Assembly (NCBI GenBank): GCA_004431415.1 | Contig: QPMI01000621.1 | Coordinates: 1 to 64,000, forward strand | Length of the DNA: 64,000 bases | DNA from: Cyanophora paradoxa CCMP329 | Lineage: Eukaryota; Plantae; Glaucophyta | Direction of reading: 5' to 3' | Part shown: positions 36,414 to 47,982 of the stretch, one piece after another | Layout: each line of letters starts with the position of its first letter | Position numbering within the stretch: the stretch's first letter is position 1 | Notes under the pieces: model-generated | What the model was told of the DNA's origin: nothing | What the model saw: only the letters and a program-made list of their open reading frames with translations | Databases searched by the model: none | Made by a program: the position numbers and the translations under genes

Positions 36414-38632
36414 TCAGGCGAAGACGATGAGCTGGAACACCGCCAGCGCCACCGTGATCGTCGCGATCGAAATCAGGTATTCCACCTGGGGGCAGAGGGT
36501 CGAGGGGAGGGGTACCGGTACACGGGGAAGTGAGGGGGGGCGGACCAGAAGGAGCTTCCCGATGGCGGCGGCCTCCTTGGAGCCCCGCACGATCGCGAAG
36601 AGCCCTGCGGGTGGGATGACGCTGAGGGGGGTACGGGTTTACGAGAGGGAGGAGGGGGTACCGATGTTCTGGGCGGTGGGCATGGCCGTCTCAATGAGGA
36701 GGACGAGGTCGACGACGGGGTCGGGGGGGATCTGGCAGGGGGTAGGGAATTCAGAGGGGAGGAAAGGGGGTAGGACGGGAGGGAGGGGGGGTACCAGGTG
36801 GCAGGCGCGGGCGGCGGCCCAGAGGCCCAGTCCGACGAGGGGGGAGAGAACCAGGCGGGCGAAAACCACGCAGCCGATCGTCCGGCGGTCGTACCCCGCC
36901 GTCTCTTCGCCCCCCTCCCCCGGCTCCTTTCCCTCGGTGACCGGCGCCGGCGCCGGCGCCGGGGCCCGCCGCATGCTGTGTGCCAGCGTGGCCGCCAGCA
37001 CGATGGTCCCTGGGGGTAGCGGATCAGGGCCTCCGGGGCACGCTGAAGCCGGGCGAGGCGGACCGGAGGGTACGGTGGCGTTCCCGACGAGATCGACGGC
37101 GGCGAACAGGCCCCTCAGGGGCGCCGTCGGCCCGAAGATCAGCCTGCGAATGGATAAGGGTCAAGATGATGGGGGGGTATGGGGAGCAGAGGGGTACCGC
37201 TTGATGGGAGTCGCGAGGCCGACGACGACGGCGAGGAGCATGGCGGTCATGGGGGGTGACAGGAACTCTCTCGCGAGGGCCAGGGGGCTGGGGCGGGAGG
37301 GGGGGGAAGGGACAGGGCTCCGCCCGACCCGCCGGAGCGCCGGCGGCGGAGGCGGAATGTGGGCGCTCGGGGCGCGACGGGCGTCGGCGCCCGCCCCGGC
37401 GGCCCGGTACCCAGGTCGGCCGAGGGCCGTCTGGGGGTTACCGCGCGGGCCGCCGGCCGCTCCTCCCCCTCTTCCGTACCCGCTGGCCTCCCCGCGGCCG
37501 GCCGGGGAGCCTCCCCCGCCCCCTCCTCCGCCCCGCCGCCGCGGCGGGGTACGCCCGCCTCGGGATCCGACTCGTGCTCGTGGTGCATGGGTACGTATTT
37601 CCGGCCGCCGCCGCCCGGCGCCGCCCGCAGCGGGACTGCCGCCGCTGGCGGCGCCGCCGGCTCTGCCTCCGCGTCAGAGGCCGACCCGTCCGCATCCGCC
37701 GGCGCCGCCGCCGGCGGCGCCGCGGCCCTCGCCGGCGGCTCGCCCCGCCCGAACATGTACCGATCTCCCGCCCCCAGAAAGCACTGCGATCCCGAATCGG
37801 CGGGGGGTACGCGAAGCGAGGAACGGGAGGGAGGGGTACGTCGCGCACGATGTTCCAGCCGAAGGTGTACAGGAACACGGCCTGGAAGGCGCGCCCGACC
37901 GCCCCGGGGTCGTTCGCCAGGTACGGCTGCGCCGAAACCTCACTCGGCGGGGTACGGTAGATCGGGGTAGGGGTACGGCGCACGCTCGTCTTGGCGAGGG
38001 CGGCGAGGATCACGAGGGGGAGGTTGCCGGAGTTGCCTGCGGGGGGGCCGGAGGCGGCCGTGGCCGGCCGGCCGGGCGCGGCGGGGGCGCGGGGGCGGCG
38101 CACAGAATGCGGTAGCCCCCATGATGATGCGGCGGGTCTCGGGCGAGCGCGGGGGGGTGACGAAGCGCGTGAGGAGCGCCCCGATGCCGAAGCCCAAGCC
38201 GATGGTCACGACGGCCCTGCGCGGGCGGGCGGTTCGCGCGCGGCCGCGGCGCGCGCGGGCGGGGCGCCGTTCCTGCCGCGCACGCCGCGGGGAGGAACCA
38301 GAGGTGGTGGAGGGAGTCGAGGGAAATGCCGTCCCCGAGCTGGCAGAAGAGGAGGCAAGGCAGGAACAGGTTGAAGACGAGCGCGCCGAGGCTCTTCGTC
38401 GCCTCGGCCGTCAGCACGCGCCGCCGCACCATCAGCACCGCCAGCGCGCAGATGATCTGCGCGCAGATGAACATCTAGCTCGCGCCCATTAAGCGCTCGC
38501 GCACGCACCAGCACGTTTCCCATGCTGTAGAGGACCTGGCGCGGCCCGCAGCGTCATTCGGGCACCCAAGACTCGGCGAGCGACGCGCGCGCTCACCGAC
38601 AGCATCACCGGCCCCACTAGCACGGTCGCCAT
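36414..38632 (-). CDS. Auxin efflux carrier family (PILS-like, Mem_trans) transporter
   Basis: LGALVFNLFLPCLLFCQLG; GNSGNLPLVIL; SPPMTAMLLAVVVG; LVGNATVP; RLVLSPLVG; LLIETAMPTAQN. Confidence 0.85.
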
Positions 38633-38756
38633 CGCCCCCCGCGCTCCGTGCCGCGCTCGGTAGACTGTACCCCCGCAGCGAAGCAAAGAGCCCCCGGAAT
38701 CGCAGCATACGCAGCAGCAGCGCACGTAGCAGCTCGCCGCGGCCTTCTAGCGTGGC

Positions 38757-41032
38757 GATGACATCGCGGAGAAAGCGAGCGAGGGATCCGGCAGCGAACC
38801 TGAGAGCGACCCCTTCGCGACGCTGCCGGACGCGGTCGTTGCTCGTGTGCTCTCGCTCCTCCCAGTGTTCGAGGCGCGGGAGCTCCGGTCGGTCTGCCGC
38901 CAGTGGCGGCGAGCGATCGATTGCGCCCTCTGGGAGCATTTGGATGTCGAGGTGGAGCGACCCGAGTTGTTGGAGAAGCTCGGGATGCGCATCCTCTCGG
39001 GGCGGCTGCAGCTGGCGGCCCGCCCCTCGGTCAAGCTGCTGCTCACCGTCCCCTTCTCGCGGCTGCAGCCCGATGTCGACTTCCAGGCCCATCCCGCTGC
39101 TCTGGAGGCGCTCTATCGCGAAACTCACAGGCTCCTTGGCGCGTCCGCGGCGTTGCTCGCTCAGTGCACGGCTGCAGCTAGCTACAGCGCTGCGCATCCA
39201 GCCGCGGGCGGCGCCGGCGCCGTCGCCAACGCCGACGCTCCGAATTCTGGCGAGGGCGCCAGCAGCGCTTCCTTGTTCTCGACCAGCGCGACCGCGGCAT
39301 GCGCAGCTTCAGCCGGAGTCGGCGTGCGCAGCCTTAGCGTGAAGCTGGATGTCTGGGGCCTTCGCTTGGAGGCCATTCCCAGAGCCGCTGTCTCCGGCCT
39401 CGTCCTGGGGACGCTCTCCGCCCTCCGCCCCCCGCCGCTCAGCGCAGGGGCGCCGCCGCCGGCCGCCGCGGACGCGGCTGCAGCTCCGGCTCCGGCGCCG
39501 GCGCCGGCGCCGGCCGCGCTCACGGAACTGACCCTCGACATCGACGACGGCCACGCGCACGGGGTTTCCGGCCGCTCCGAGTGGTGGCCATCCCCACAGG
39601 AGCTCGCCCCGGCTCTCGCCCCCTTCGGGCTCCTGCGCTCCTTTTCCCTCTTCCCTTCTCCTGTGGCCCCCTGCATCGTCGACGGCCCCGCGGCGGCGGC
39701 GATTGTGCAGTGCTGCCCGCTGCTCCGCTCGGTCCTCTTCCGCCCGGCGGACGGGGCGGCCGTCGCGGCCCTAGCGCCCCTCGCTTTTCTCGAGGAAGTA
39801 ACTCTAACGTCGGAGTTCACAGATGAAGGTACACGGAAACACCTCTTCAATGTTATCGCCGGTCGCCAGTCGTCTCAGCCGTACCCGTTGCGCAGAGGAG
39901 GGCCGTGAGCTCGACCTGCACGTCTGCGGCGGGCCGGAGGCTTTGGGGGCGGGCCCCGCCGGCCGCTCCCTCCGCACGTTCTCTGCAAAGCGGTGCGTGC
40001 GACAGATCCAGATCGAGTCGTCGCTTTCGTTTGCGTTCATCCCGCTGAATCCCCCTCCAGCTCTGCCCTCGTCTCCGGAGCGGACCTTTGCGGCTTCGGA
40101 TCCATGCCGCGTCTGGAATCTCTCGAAGGCATCGAGGTGCCTTGTTCTTGCTAGCCTAGTAGCTGTAGCCGACGTCGCGTCGATCCTCGTTCTGATGGCG
40201 CCGCGCGCGCAGATCGACGAGGAGAGGACGCCGATCGCGCGCGAAGACGCGGCGGCCATTCGCGGCGCGCGGCGCCTGCGCCGGCTCGGCGCCCGCCTCT
40301 ACGCTTCTGAGGCTCAGCGCACCAGCAACTTCCTACTTGGCCTGTCCGACGCTCTGGGACCTTGTTCAGACCCGCCGGCTCTCTGCATTGACATCCAGGG
40401 TCCGCATGCGATGTAGCTACAGCGCTAGCAGCACTAGCTCTGCGTTTCTAGATCTATATAACGTCTTCTGCACTTCCTAATCACGGGCGGCGCCGCAGGA
40501 AGCTCCTGCAGCCCGGATCCCGAGACTCTCACGCACTTCTTTTCGCATGCGTCGCGGTCACTGCAGACCTTCCAGTCGAGGCTCGAGCGGCCTTTCACGT
40601 GCGTCCAGACCCGGCATTTTTAGTCGTTTCATATATATATAGCTGTACGCATATATATGGATCGAATCTCACCAAAGGGCGGTCCATTTGGCGGCCCAGG
40701 GACGCCGAGGTGGGGTCCCTGTTGCGTCACGGAACGGCTCTGCAAACCCTGCGTCTTTGCGTCTCTATACAAGCGCTGTCGGACCTGTACCCCCTCCAGG
40801 TTCTCCCCCTTCCTTGACCTGAAGGGCCGATCGCGATATCGAACAAGCGCCGCACGCGCGCGCGCAGGGCCTGCAGGGGCTCCAGGGGAGGCTCGCGAGC
40901 GGCGAGGTGGACGTCACGCTGCCCCGCGGCCGGGCCCTCGCCGATCTCGAGGAGGTCGTCCGGGGGCTCCTCCGGGGCTGGCTCCCCGCCCCCTCGTGGA
41001 CCGCCCGCGCGTACGTGCGCGAGGACAGCTAG
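38757..41032 (+). CDS. F-box protein with LRR-like C-terminus; apparent 1-nt frameshift near 38783
   Basis: F-box PFATLPDAVVARVLSLL..LRSVCRQWRRAI. ATG 38757 (MTSRRKRAR) joins it in frame only if one G is added to the GGG run. Stop at 41030-41032. Confidence 0.75.
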
Positions 41033-41507
41033 CCGATGAGTGCGCGGTGTGTAGGGTCTTCAGGTTTAGTTGTAAGATTGAGAGCAACGTATATCGACTG
41101 GCCGATTGATTAGATTGTACGTCTAGCCGATGGATTAAGATTAGTTAGTTGTACGACTAGCCGATGTCGTTGTACGACTAGCCGATATCGATGAGTTCGC
41201 ATGCGCGGTCTAGGTCTGTGCCGCATGCGCACGTAGTGTGTAGGGCTTTTAATTTTCAGATTTAAGATCTAGAGTAAAATAGAACGGAAAATATACATTA
41301 TATATATGCGAATCACGCGAGAACCCAATGCCTGCCTCTGCCCTGGGTCTTCTTGTGCGAAATACGCGAGTTTGAACACCCATCGCCTGCCCGCCCCCCC
41401 CTCTTTCTGATTCTCCGGAATCCCCTTCCCGCTACCCCTCCCCCTCCCCCCGCCTACCCCACCGCTCCCCCCCCCCCCCGCCCTCCCCCCTTTCCCCTCA
41501 ATTGCAA

Positions 41508-41601
41508 GGTGGCGGTGGGTCGACTGTGGAGGTCCAAGATCTGCTCCCCGACGACACCAGCGCACCCCCTCGGCGGCCGCTTCGAGCGCTTCGAGGCCCC
41601 G

Positions 41602-41632
<31 letters not shown>

Positions 41633-42390
41633 CCCTTCGAATTCGAAGTTCGACAAGGTGCCCCCTTGGACCTCCCCTGTAGGCCGCCGACGTCGCATTT
41701 GCGTCCCTCAACGGATCCATGCGCCTCGTACCCCCCTCCTTCACTTCCCCCTCCTCCTTCATGCTCTGCGGCAGGCCGGCGCGCGCCGGCCTGGTGATGA
41801 TCCGCGCTCTCGCGGAGGGCGCCGCCGTCCTGCGCGTGGGGTACCGCGACAAGCTTTTTAAGGTCGAGGCGTTCCTCAAGGTACCCCCGCTCGAAGCGGG
41901 ACCTGTACCCCGGGACCTCCCGATCGAACCCGTACCCCTCCCCAGATTGTGGTCCGGGAGGTGATCGTACCCGCCGCGCCGACGCTGCACGTGGGCGCCC
42001 GCCTCCGCTTCCAGCCCACCCAGGTCCCTTTTCCCGCCTCCTTGTACCCCCCTGCCCAGCACTGAGGCGGTCGGCTCGCAGGGCGGCGAGGGCGGCGCGT
42101 AGCAGTCGGACGACCCGTCGGTCCTGAGGCGCGCCCCGCCCCGCGCCCCGCCGCGTACCCTGCGCTGGCCTCTGAACTCCGTACCCCCGCAGCGTGGACG
42201 AGGCGACGGGCGAGGCGCGGGCGGTTGGCGCCGGCGTCGCGCGCGTCTCGCTCGCCTCCCGCGGCACCCGCTCCCAGACCCTCGTACCACCTTCCCGGCC
42301 ATGCCCCCCACCCGCCCGCCCCTGGCTCAGGCGGCCTCAGGTGACGGTCTCGCGCGTGCCACGGTGGCTTCGGTGGAGGTCGCCGCGCCA
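41508..42390 (+). pseudogene. Intron-containing internal fragment of a gp210/Nup210-like nucleoporin (Ig-like domains)
   Basis: GSTVEV..LGGRFERFE; LVMIRALAEGAAVLRVG; VIVPAAPTLHVGARLRF; GA*QSDDPSVLSVDEATGEARAVGAGVARV, with TAG (42100-42102) where W is expected. No start or C-terminus. Confidence 0.5.
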
Positions 42391-42765
42391 AGCCCCCCCA
42401 CCCCCCCCCCGCTCCCCGCGCGCGTCTGATCGGCCCGGGCCCGCAGCGCGTCGCGGTGTCGGTGCTGTGACGGCGGCGGCGGGCGGTGGCGAGGCTCGCC
42501 GGGCGGGACGGAGGCGCGGCGAGCGGTGGCGCGGCTCGCCGGCGGGGGCTGAGGCGCGGCGGGCGGAGGCGCGGCTAGCGCTAGCGCTCGCGATCGCCAG
42601 GCGGGCGGAGGCGCGTCGCCGGCGGCCGCGCGTGGGCGGTGGCGCGGCTCGTCGACGTCGGGCGGGGCGGCCGGCGCGGGGCGCGGGGCTTTATATTAAT
42701 TAAATTGTGTTCTAGATCTGTTACCAGGCCTAGCTATAGGCCTACGCCTAGGAAAACTAATGTAT

Positions 42766-43250
42766 ACAAGCGAGTCCCTGCGGAGCAGGAGTGGCCTTGG
42801 GTCTTGGGGTTTCAAGGCGTGACGGTGGCCGCTCTTTGTTTTAAAACGGGGCCCGCAAGTCGGCGCAACCGCGCGCGGTTACTGTTGAGAGGACAACGCC
42901 GCCCAGTACTAGTAGCTTCGATATGATCTAGCTTGCCAAGTTGGTCTCAGGGTCTCTCGCGATCGATAGCAACGCCTGGCGCGGCCGCCCGGCGGCCCGG
43001 GCTGCCATGCATGTGGCCAGGCTGGCGGGCCGGCGCCGCGCGGCGCCGGCGTCGATATCGATATCGATCGCGACGTCGGCGCCGGCGCTGCTAGCACTAG
43101 CTGATTATAAAGCGCTAGCGCTCGATCGTTGATCGCGATCGATTGCGAAGCGACTTCGACGCGCGGCGATTGGATCCGCTGGCGAAGCGCCTAGTGACTC
43201 CCCGACGGCGCCTACTGCCGCTGCGATGGGCACTGTCAGCACGAAATCCG
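42766..43250 (+). repeat. Direct repeat A1 (about 485 bp)
   Basis: Near-identical to 47084-47575. Confidence 0.92.
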
Positions 43251-46200
43251 GGAACCGCCCCTTGCGCAGCGCCGCTACAATATCATACCCGGGGAGGGCC
43301 GGCGGCACTGGCACGACGATCACACCTGCCCGCGAGCCGCCGGCGCGGCGTGCCGCGCGACGAGCACCTGCGACGATGCAGGGGAGCACGGCACTTCGAT
43401 TGGGGGCTGGGTCGAACATGCCGCCGCGCTGGGAGCCGTACCTGGCGCTGTGTCGATGGTCGAGTACAGCAACGTGGAAACAGCGGCGCGTGGGGAGGGG
43501 GGCAACCCCCTCCCTGCCTGGCCGGACCTATCCGAGCAAATTTTTTTTTTCGAGTACAGCAACGTGCCCGCGGCCGAGTGTGAGGGCCAGGTCGCCACCC
43601 GCTCAGGCCGCGCCAGCGCTAGCCGCAAGGTCCGGTGCCAGGGCCTGCTCGAATACTTTCACCCCACACGGGCCGCGGCGGCGGCGATGGACGCGCACCG
43701 GTGGCGGATGCTGCTGCAGGCCAGGCAGGAGGGCGACGATCGCGTTCAGTGGCACCTCCTCTCACCCGAGGACGCCGCCCGCCTCGCCGAGCTGGAAGCG
43801 GACCCGCCGGAGCCGCTACACCTGCCGCAAGACGAAGCGGAGCCGATCAGCTCTGAGCAAGCGCGGAACTACTACGACGAGCTGATGGACGGGAACTTTT
43901 GGGCGACCTTCTTTAAAGTGTGGGACGGGCTCGAGGCGGACCTCCGCAGTGACCTACGGGCAGCTGAAACCGACTCCGACGGGACCTACGTGGCGGACAC
44001 GCCAGCCGAAGTCTGGACGGACGGGAGCCTGCAGGAAGGCCAGACGAACTTCGCGCGCGGGGCCTTTGCGGTCCACTGGCCAGAGCGCCACCTGCGCACC
44101 GGCGCGAGCCTCCACCCCCCGAACGTTTTCCCCGACTTTTACGCCCGCCTGAGCGGGACACAGGAGATCAATAAAGCGGAATTGCAGGCAGTGCTTATGG
44201 CGGACATGCTATCACCGTTCGGAGCGGTGGTTCACATCGACAACCAGAACGCGATCCGCTGGTGCACGGAATTCGTCCTTGACGCCGCCCAGCGTAGCCC
44301 GCGCGAGTACATTCGGCACGTCTGCTCCGCGGAACTGTACGCGTGGCGTAAACTGAGAGCCCAGCTAGACTTGCGGGGACGGCCGCTCACGCTCGTAATA
44401 TATAGGTCAAGCTTAAGGGCCATGCGAAAGGCGACGCGCGGGACCCGCACAACGACGTCGCCGACGCTAACCGCATAGCCGACACACAGCTACCTGACGA
44501 GCGCCTTCACGAACCCGTTTTCCTGCCGCCGGAATTCAGCATGCCCGCGGTCCTCACAATCGGCAACAGGGACGGCACCGTGAGGCGGGTGGAAGGCGAC
44601 CCGAAGGAGCACATGGACACCTTGCACGAGCACCACACGCACTTCGCTTGGGCGCAGCAACCACTGGCTGGAGCGGTCCTTCGCCGCGGCGACGCCGGGG
44701 CAGACATCGGTGGGCTGTACGCGGAAACGGCTGTAGGATCCAGGTTCCGCGGCGCGAGCGGGGCTAGCAACGCGCTCTTCAAGTTCAGGGCCCAACTACT
44801 CTGCAGCTCCCTCCCAGCGAACGAAGTCCGGGTACGGGATAGGCTCGACCTCTACGCAGCCTACAACCCGGGCGGCCGCTGCGCGGCTTGCGCCACGAGG
44901 ACGCCGTTTGCACGGCGTAATCGAGCGAACTCGTCGGAGGCGAGCGAGCAGCCCGTGCAAGCCGGCCCTAGCCGACAGCGCGCGGCCCCGACAGCTCTCA
45001 CCGCGGGCCCAGCAGAGACATACACGCACGTCTTCCTGTGCCCGGGGCCCCATGCAGTGGCGCACCGCGCGGAGACCGCCCGTGAGCTGAATCGCTTCCT
45101 GCGGCGCGTCCACCGCGAGGCTCACGGCTCCCAGCCCAAAAACGTCGATCCAACGCTGGCGCTCGCCTCCGGGCTTGTGCCTGCCTACCTGCGCGTAGCC
45201 GACGATGACGCCGCAGCGCGCAGACTCGACGACGACCCGACCGTCTTCCCGCGGCTCTGGGTACTCCAGGGCGTCGCTCCTACATCGCTTGAAAGCGACC
45301 TGATCCGTCGGCTCGACCTCGATCCGCGCCGCGCTCCCCGCACGGCTAAGCGCGTGCGCCAGATATATCGATCTAGATACTAATAGAACGCGCGCGTCGG
45401 CTCTGGTCCAACAGGTGTGCGATCAACGCCGCATGGGAGAAGGATTGTCGCATCTCACAGGCCTCCAAACGCCGCCCGCGCCCGCGCCGCACAGGGGCTA
45501 GAGCTAAAGAGCGCGCCCGCGGCCCTCGTCCCCCGATAGAATACTGCCCCGCCTGCGACGGGCCCCTGCATCTCCATAACGAACTCCGTGCAGCCCAGAA
45601 CGCTGACTGCCCGCCGGAATACCGAGGATGGAAGGCAGCGCTTCAAGCCCAAGAGCTCTACGACAGCACCAAGGTCCGCCCCTGGAGCCTGCCCCCCCCG
45701 GACGATTAACCTACCCTCGTAGGGGGAGGAGGGGGGGGGGGGGGCTACAACTGGAGGAGACGCGGAGACACGGAGACTCCATCACTACGCCCACTGACGA
45801 CCTCACTCTCAACCTATCACCTACGGCCGCTCGCCGGGCCCTCGCGCCCGCCGCCGACCCGCCGTCGCCTGCGCGACTTGCGCCTCCACACCTCCCTCGC
45901 TACCGCCGACACGCTCGCCTCCCGCCGCCACCGCTGCTCTTGCCCCCCCTGCCCTCTCTCGCCCGTTGCCCCAGTCGCCCTCCCCCACGGCCCCACCCTC
46001 CACCCCCTCTGCCCCTGGCGCTCTGCTGATCTCCCTCTCCCCCAGGGAGGGGACGGTGGTGCGGGCTGCCAGGTGGAAGGTCGTCGGTCGGCCGCTGAAC
46101 CCACCGGCGCCTGCCCCGGCCACGCGCCAGACCGGGGCGATCGGACCGCCGCGGAGGGGGCTCGTCATTGCCCGCGGCGGGGGGGAGGCGGTCGGCGGGC

Positions 46201-46955
46201 GGCTGGAAGCCCGGCGGAACGCGCCACTGGAGCCTCCCTCCTCCCGACCGCGGCTGCACGACCCGGTCCTTTCCCGTCCTTTCCCACCGCCCAATGTTGC
46301 CCCATGCCGTGCCCTCCTCCTTGCCCCCGTCCCCCCTTTCCCCGACCAATCTTTCCCGATGCTCTGAGCCCGGCGGCTCCACCAGGCCTGCTCTCGCACG
46401 AGCGAGCCCCCGACCCGACCCGCCGTGCCGACGACACGGCGGGCCGTACTCTAGCGTGTACAGAGTGGTTAGATTATAGTGCGCCCTCTCGGAGGCCCTA
46501 GCCTACTAGGCATAGAGCTAGCTACAGCTGCAGCTCACTTCGCTGCCCACCTCTGATTTCTACTCTCGTCCCTGGGTAGTCACTCCCTTTCCCGCGTAGG
46601 ATCTTTCCTGTGCTGCAGCTCTACTACTAAGCTAGACTTAGTCCCCGGGGTAGCGTCTCCAGTTACTTCCATATCCGAGCTCCCTCCGGTCCGATGTCCG
46701 AAAGGCTTAGTCCCGTAGGCTCATCTCTCGACTTGACACAGATGGACACCTCAGCTATATCTCTAGCCATTTGTCTCGGTGTGTGCGAATTCATTTACTG
46801 GCGCCTAGTGACTCCAGCCTTCCAGCCGGGTACAGAGGCTTTTTGCAATTTCCATCGGCGAAGGGGAAGCAAGCTGGAAGCCAATGACATTCGCGTTTGT
46901 CCGTGAATGGGGCGATTGAGCTTTCTGGCCAATGGCGACCGGGCTTCGGGCGAAC
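43251..46955 (+). mobile_element. 5'-truncated, inactivated non-LTR retrotransposon (RNase H + C-terminal Cys/His motifs + long 3' UTR)
   Basis: RNase H motifs VWTDGS, INKAELQAV, HIDNQ, VKLKGH..HNDVAD; then LCSSLP..CAAC..ETYTHVFLCP..LWSNRC. One ORF to TAA 45707-45709 after removing 11- and 14-nt insertions. No RT in the window; right end approximate. Confidence 0.8.
43477..43549 (+). mobile_element. 73-bp T-tailed mini-insertion with 17-bp target-site duplication
   Basis: TCGAGTACAGCAACGTG at 43460-43476 and 43550-43566; internal hairpin GGGAGGGGG-GCAA-CCCCCTCCC; ends CAAA(T)n. Confidence 0.75.
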
Positions 46956-46960
46956 AATTT

Positions 46961-47756
46961 CGTTCGTACGTGCTGTTAGTGCTTGCTAGAGGTGTCACAT
47001 TTGAAAAATAGCGCCGCCGGCGCCATTGTGTTCCCTAGGGTCGAAAATGGGTACCTAGGTCCAAAACTTTTGTCTAAAATCTCACAAGCGAGTCCCTGCG
47101 GAGCAGGACTCGGGAGTGGCCTTGGGTCTTGGGGTCTCAAGGCGTGAGGGTGGCCGCTCTTTGTTTTAAAACGGGGCCCGCAAGTCGGCGCAACCGCGCG
47201 CGGTTACTGTTGAGAGGACAACGCCGCCCAGTACTAGTAGCTTCGATATGATCTAGCTTGCCAAGTTGGTCTCAGGGTCTCTCGCGATCGATAGCAACGC
47301 CTGGCGCGGCCGCCCGGCGGCCCGGGCTGCCATGCATATGGCCAGGCTGGCGGGCCGGCGCCGCGCGGCGCCGGCGTCGATATCGATATCGATCGCGACG
47401 TCGGCGCCGGCGCTGCTAGCACTAGCTGATTATAAAGCGCTAGCGCTCGATCGTTGATCGCGATCGATTGCGAAGCGACTTCGACGCGCGGCGATTGGAT
47501 CCGCTGGCGAAGCGCCTAGTGACTCCCCGACGGCGCCTACTGCCGCTGCGATGGGCACTGTCATCACGAAATCCGCCGGGCCGGGAATCCGTCTTCACGT
47601 CGACGTTGATCGATCGTCGATATCGATCGCGATTCACACGAACAGAGACTGCGTTCGTACGTGCTGTTAGTGCTTGTTAGAGGTGTCACATTTGAAAAGT
47701 TGCCCGGCCATCGTGTTCCCTAGGGTCGAAAATGGGTACCTAGGTCGAAAAATTTT
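46961..47756 (+). repeat. Repeats B1 (46961-47070), A2 (47084-47575) and B2 (47652-47756)
   Basis: B = CGTTCGTACGTGCTGTTAGTGCTTG..CCCTAGGGTCGAAAATGGGTACCTAGGTC, present twice; A2 matches A1. Confidence 0.9.
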
Positions 47757-47791
47757 CACCTGAATCCCATTTTGAATTTACAGACAGGATA

Positions 47792-47982
47792 GGCACAGAC
47801 CTAAGGGCCTCTTTTTTCCCCCCAAGGCCGATTTTGTCTATAATCTCAATTTGAAGTTCGCCACAAGATAGGCACAGATCTAGATCTAAGGGCCTCTCCT
47901 TTCCCCAAGGCCGATTTTGAAGTTTGCCAGAGGACAGGCACAGACCTAAGGGCCTCAGGGCCTTTCCTTTCCCCAAGGCCGA
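47792..47982 (+). repeat. Three degenerate tandem units GGCACAGACCTAAGGGCCTC..CCCCAAGGCCGA
   Basis: Units start at about 47792, 47871 and 47937. Confidence 0.8.

Noticed and set aside
38757-38800. Programmed frameshift or pseudogenisation of the F-box gene
   Set aside because: A single missing G in a homopolymer explains it; similar homopolymer discrepancies elsewhere suggest sequencing error.
41029-41190. Degenerate TTGTACGACTAGCCGAT repeats after the F-box stop, and TTATCTGTACCCCCAGCT x2 at about 11730-11780
   Set aside because: Short local duplications with no evidence of function.
47792-47982. Repeat-spacer pattern like a CRISPR array
   Set aside because: Eukaryotic context, degenerate units, mutually similar spacers and no cas genes.
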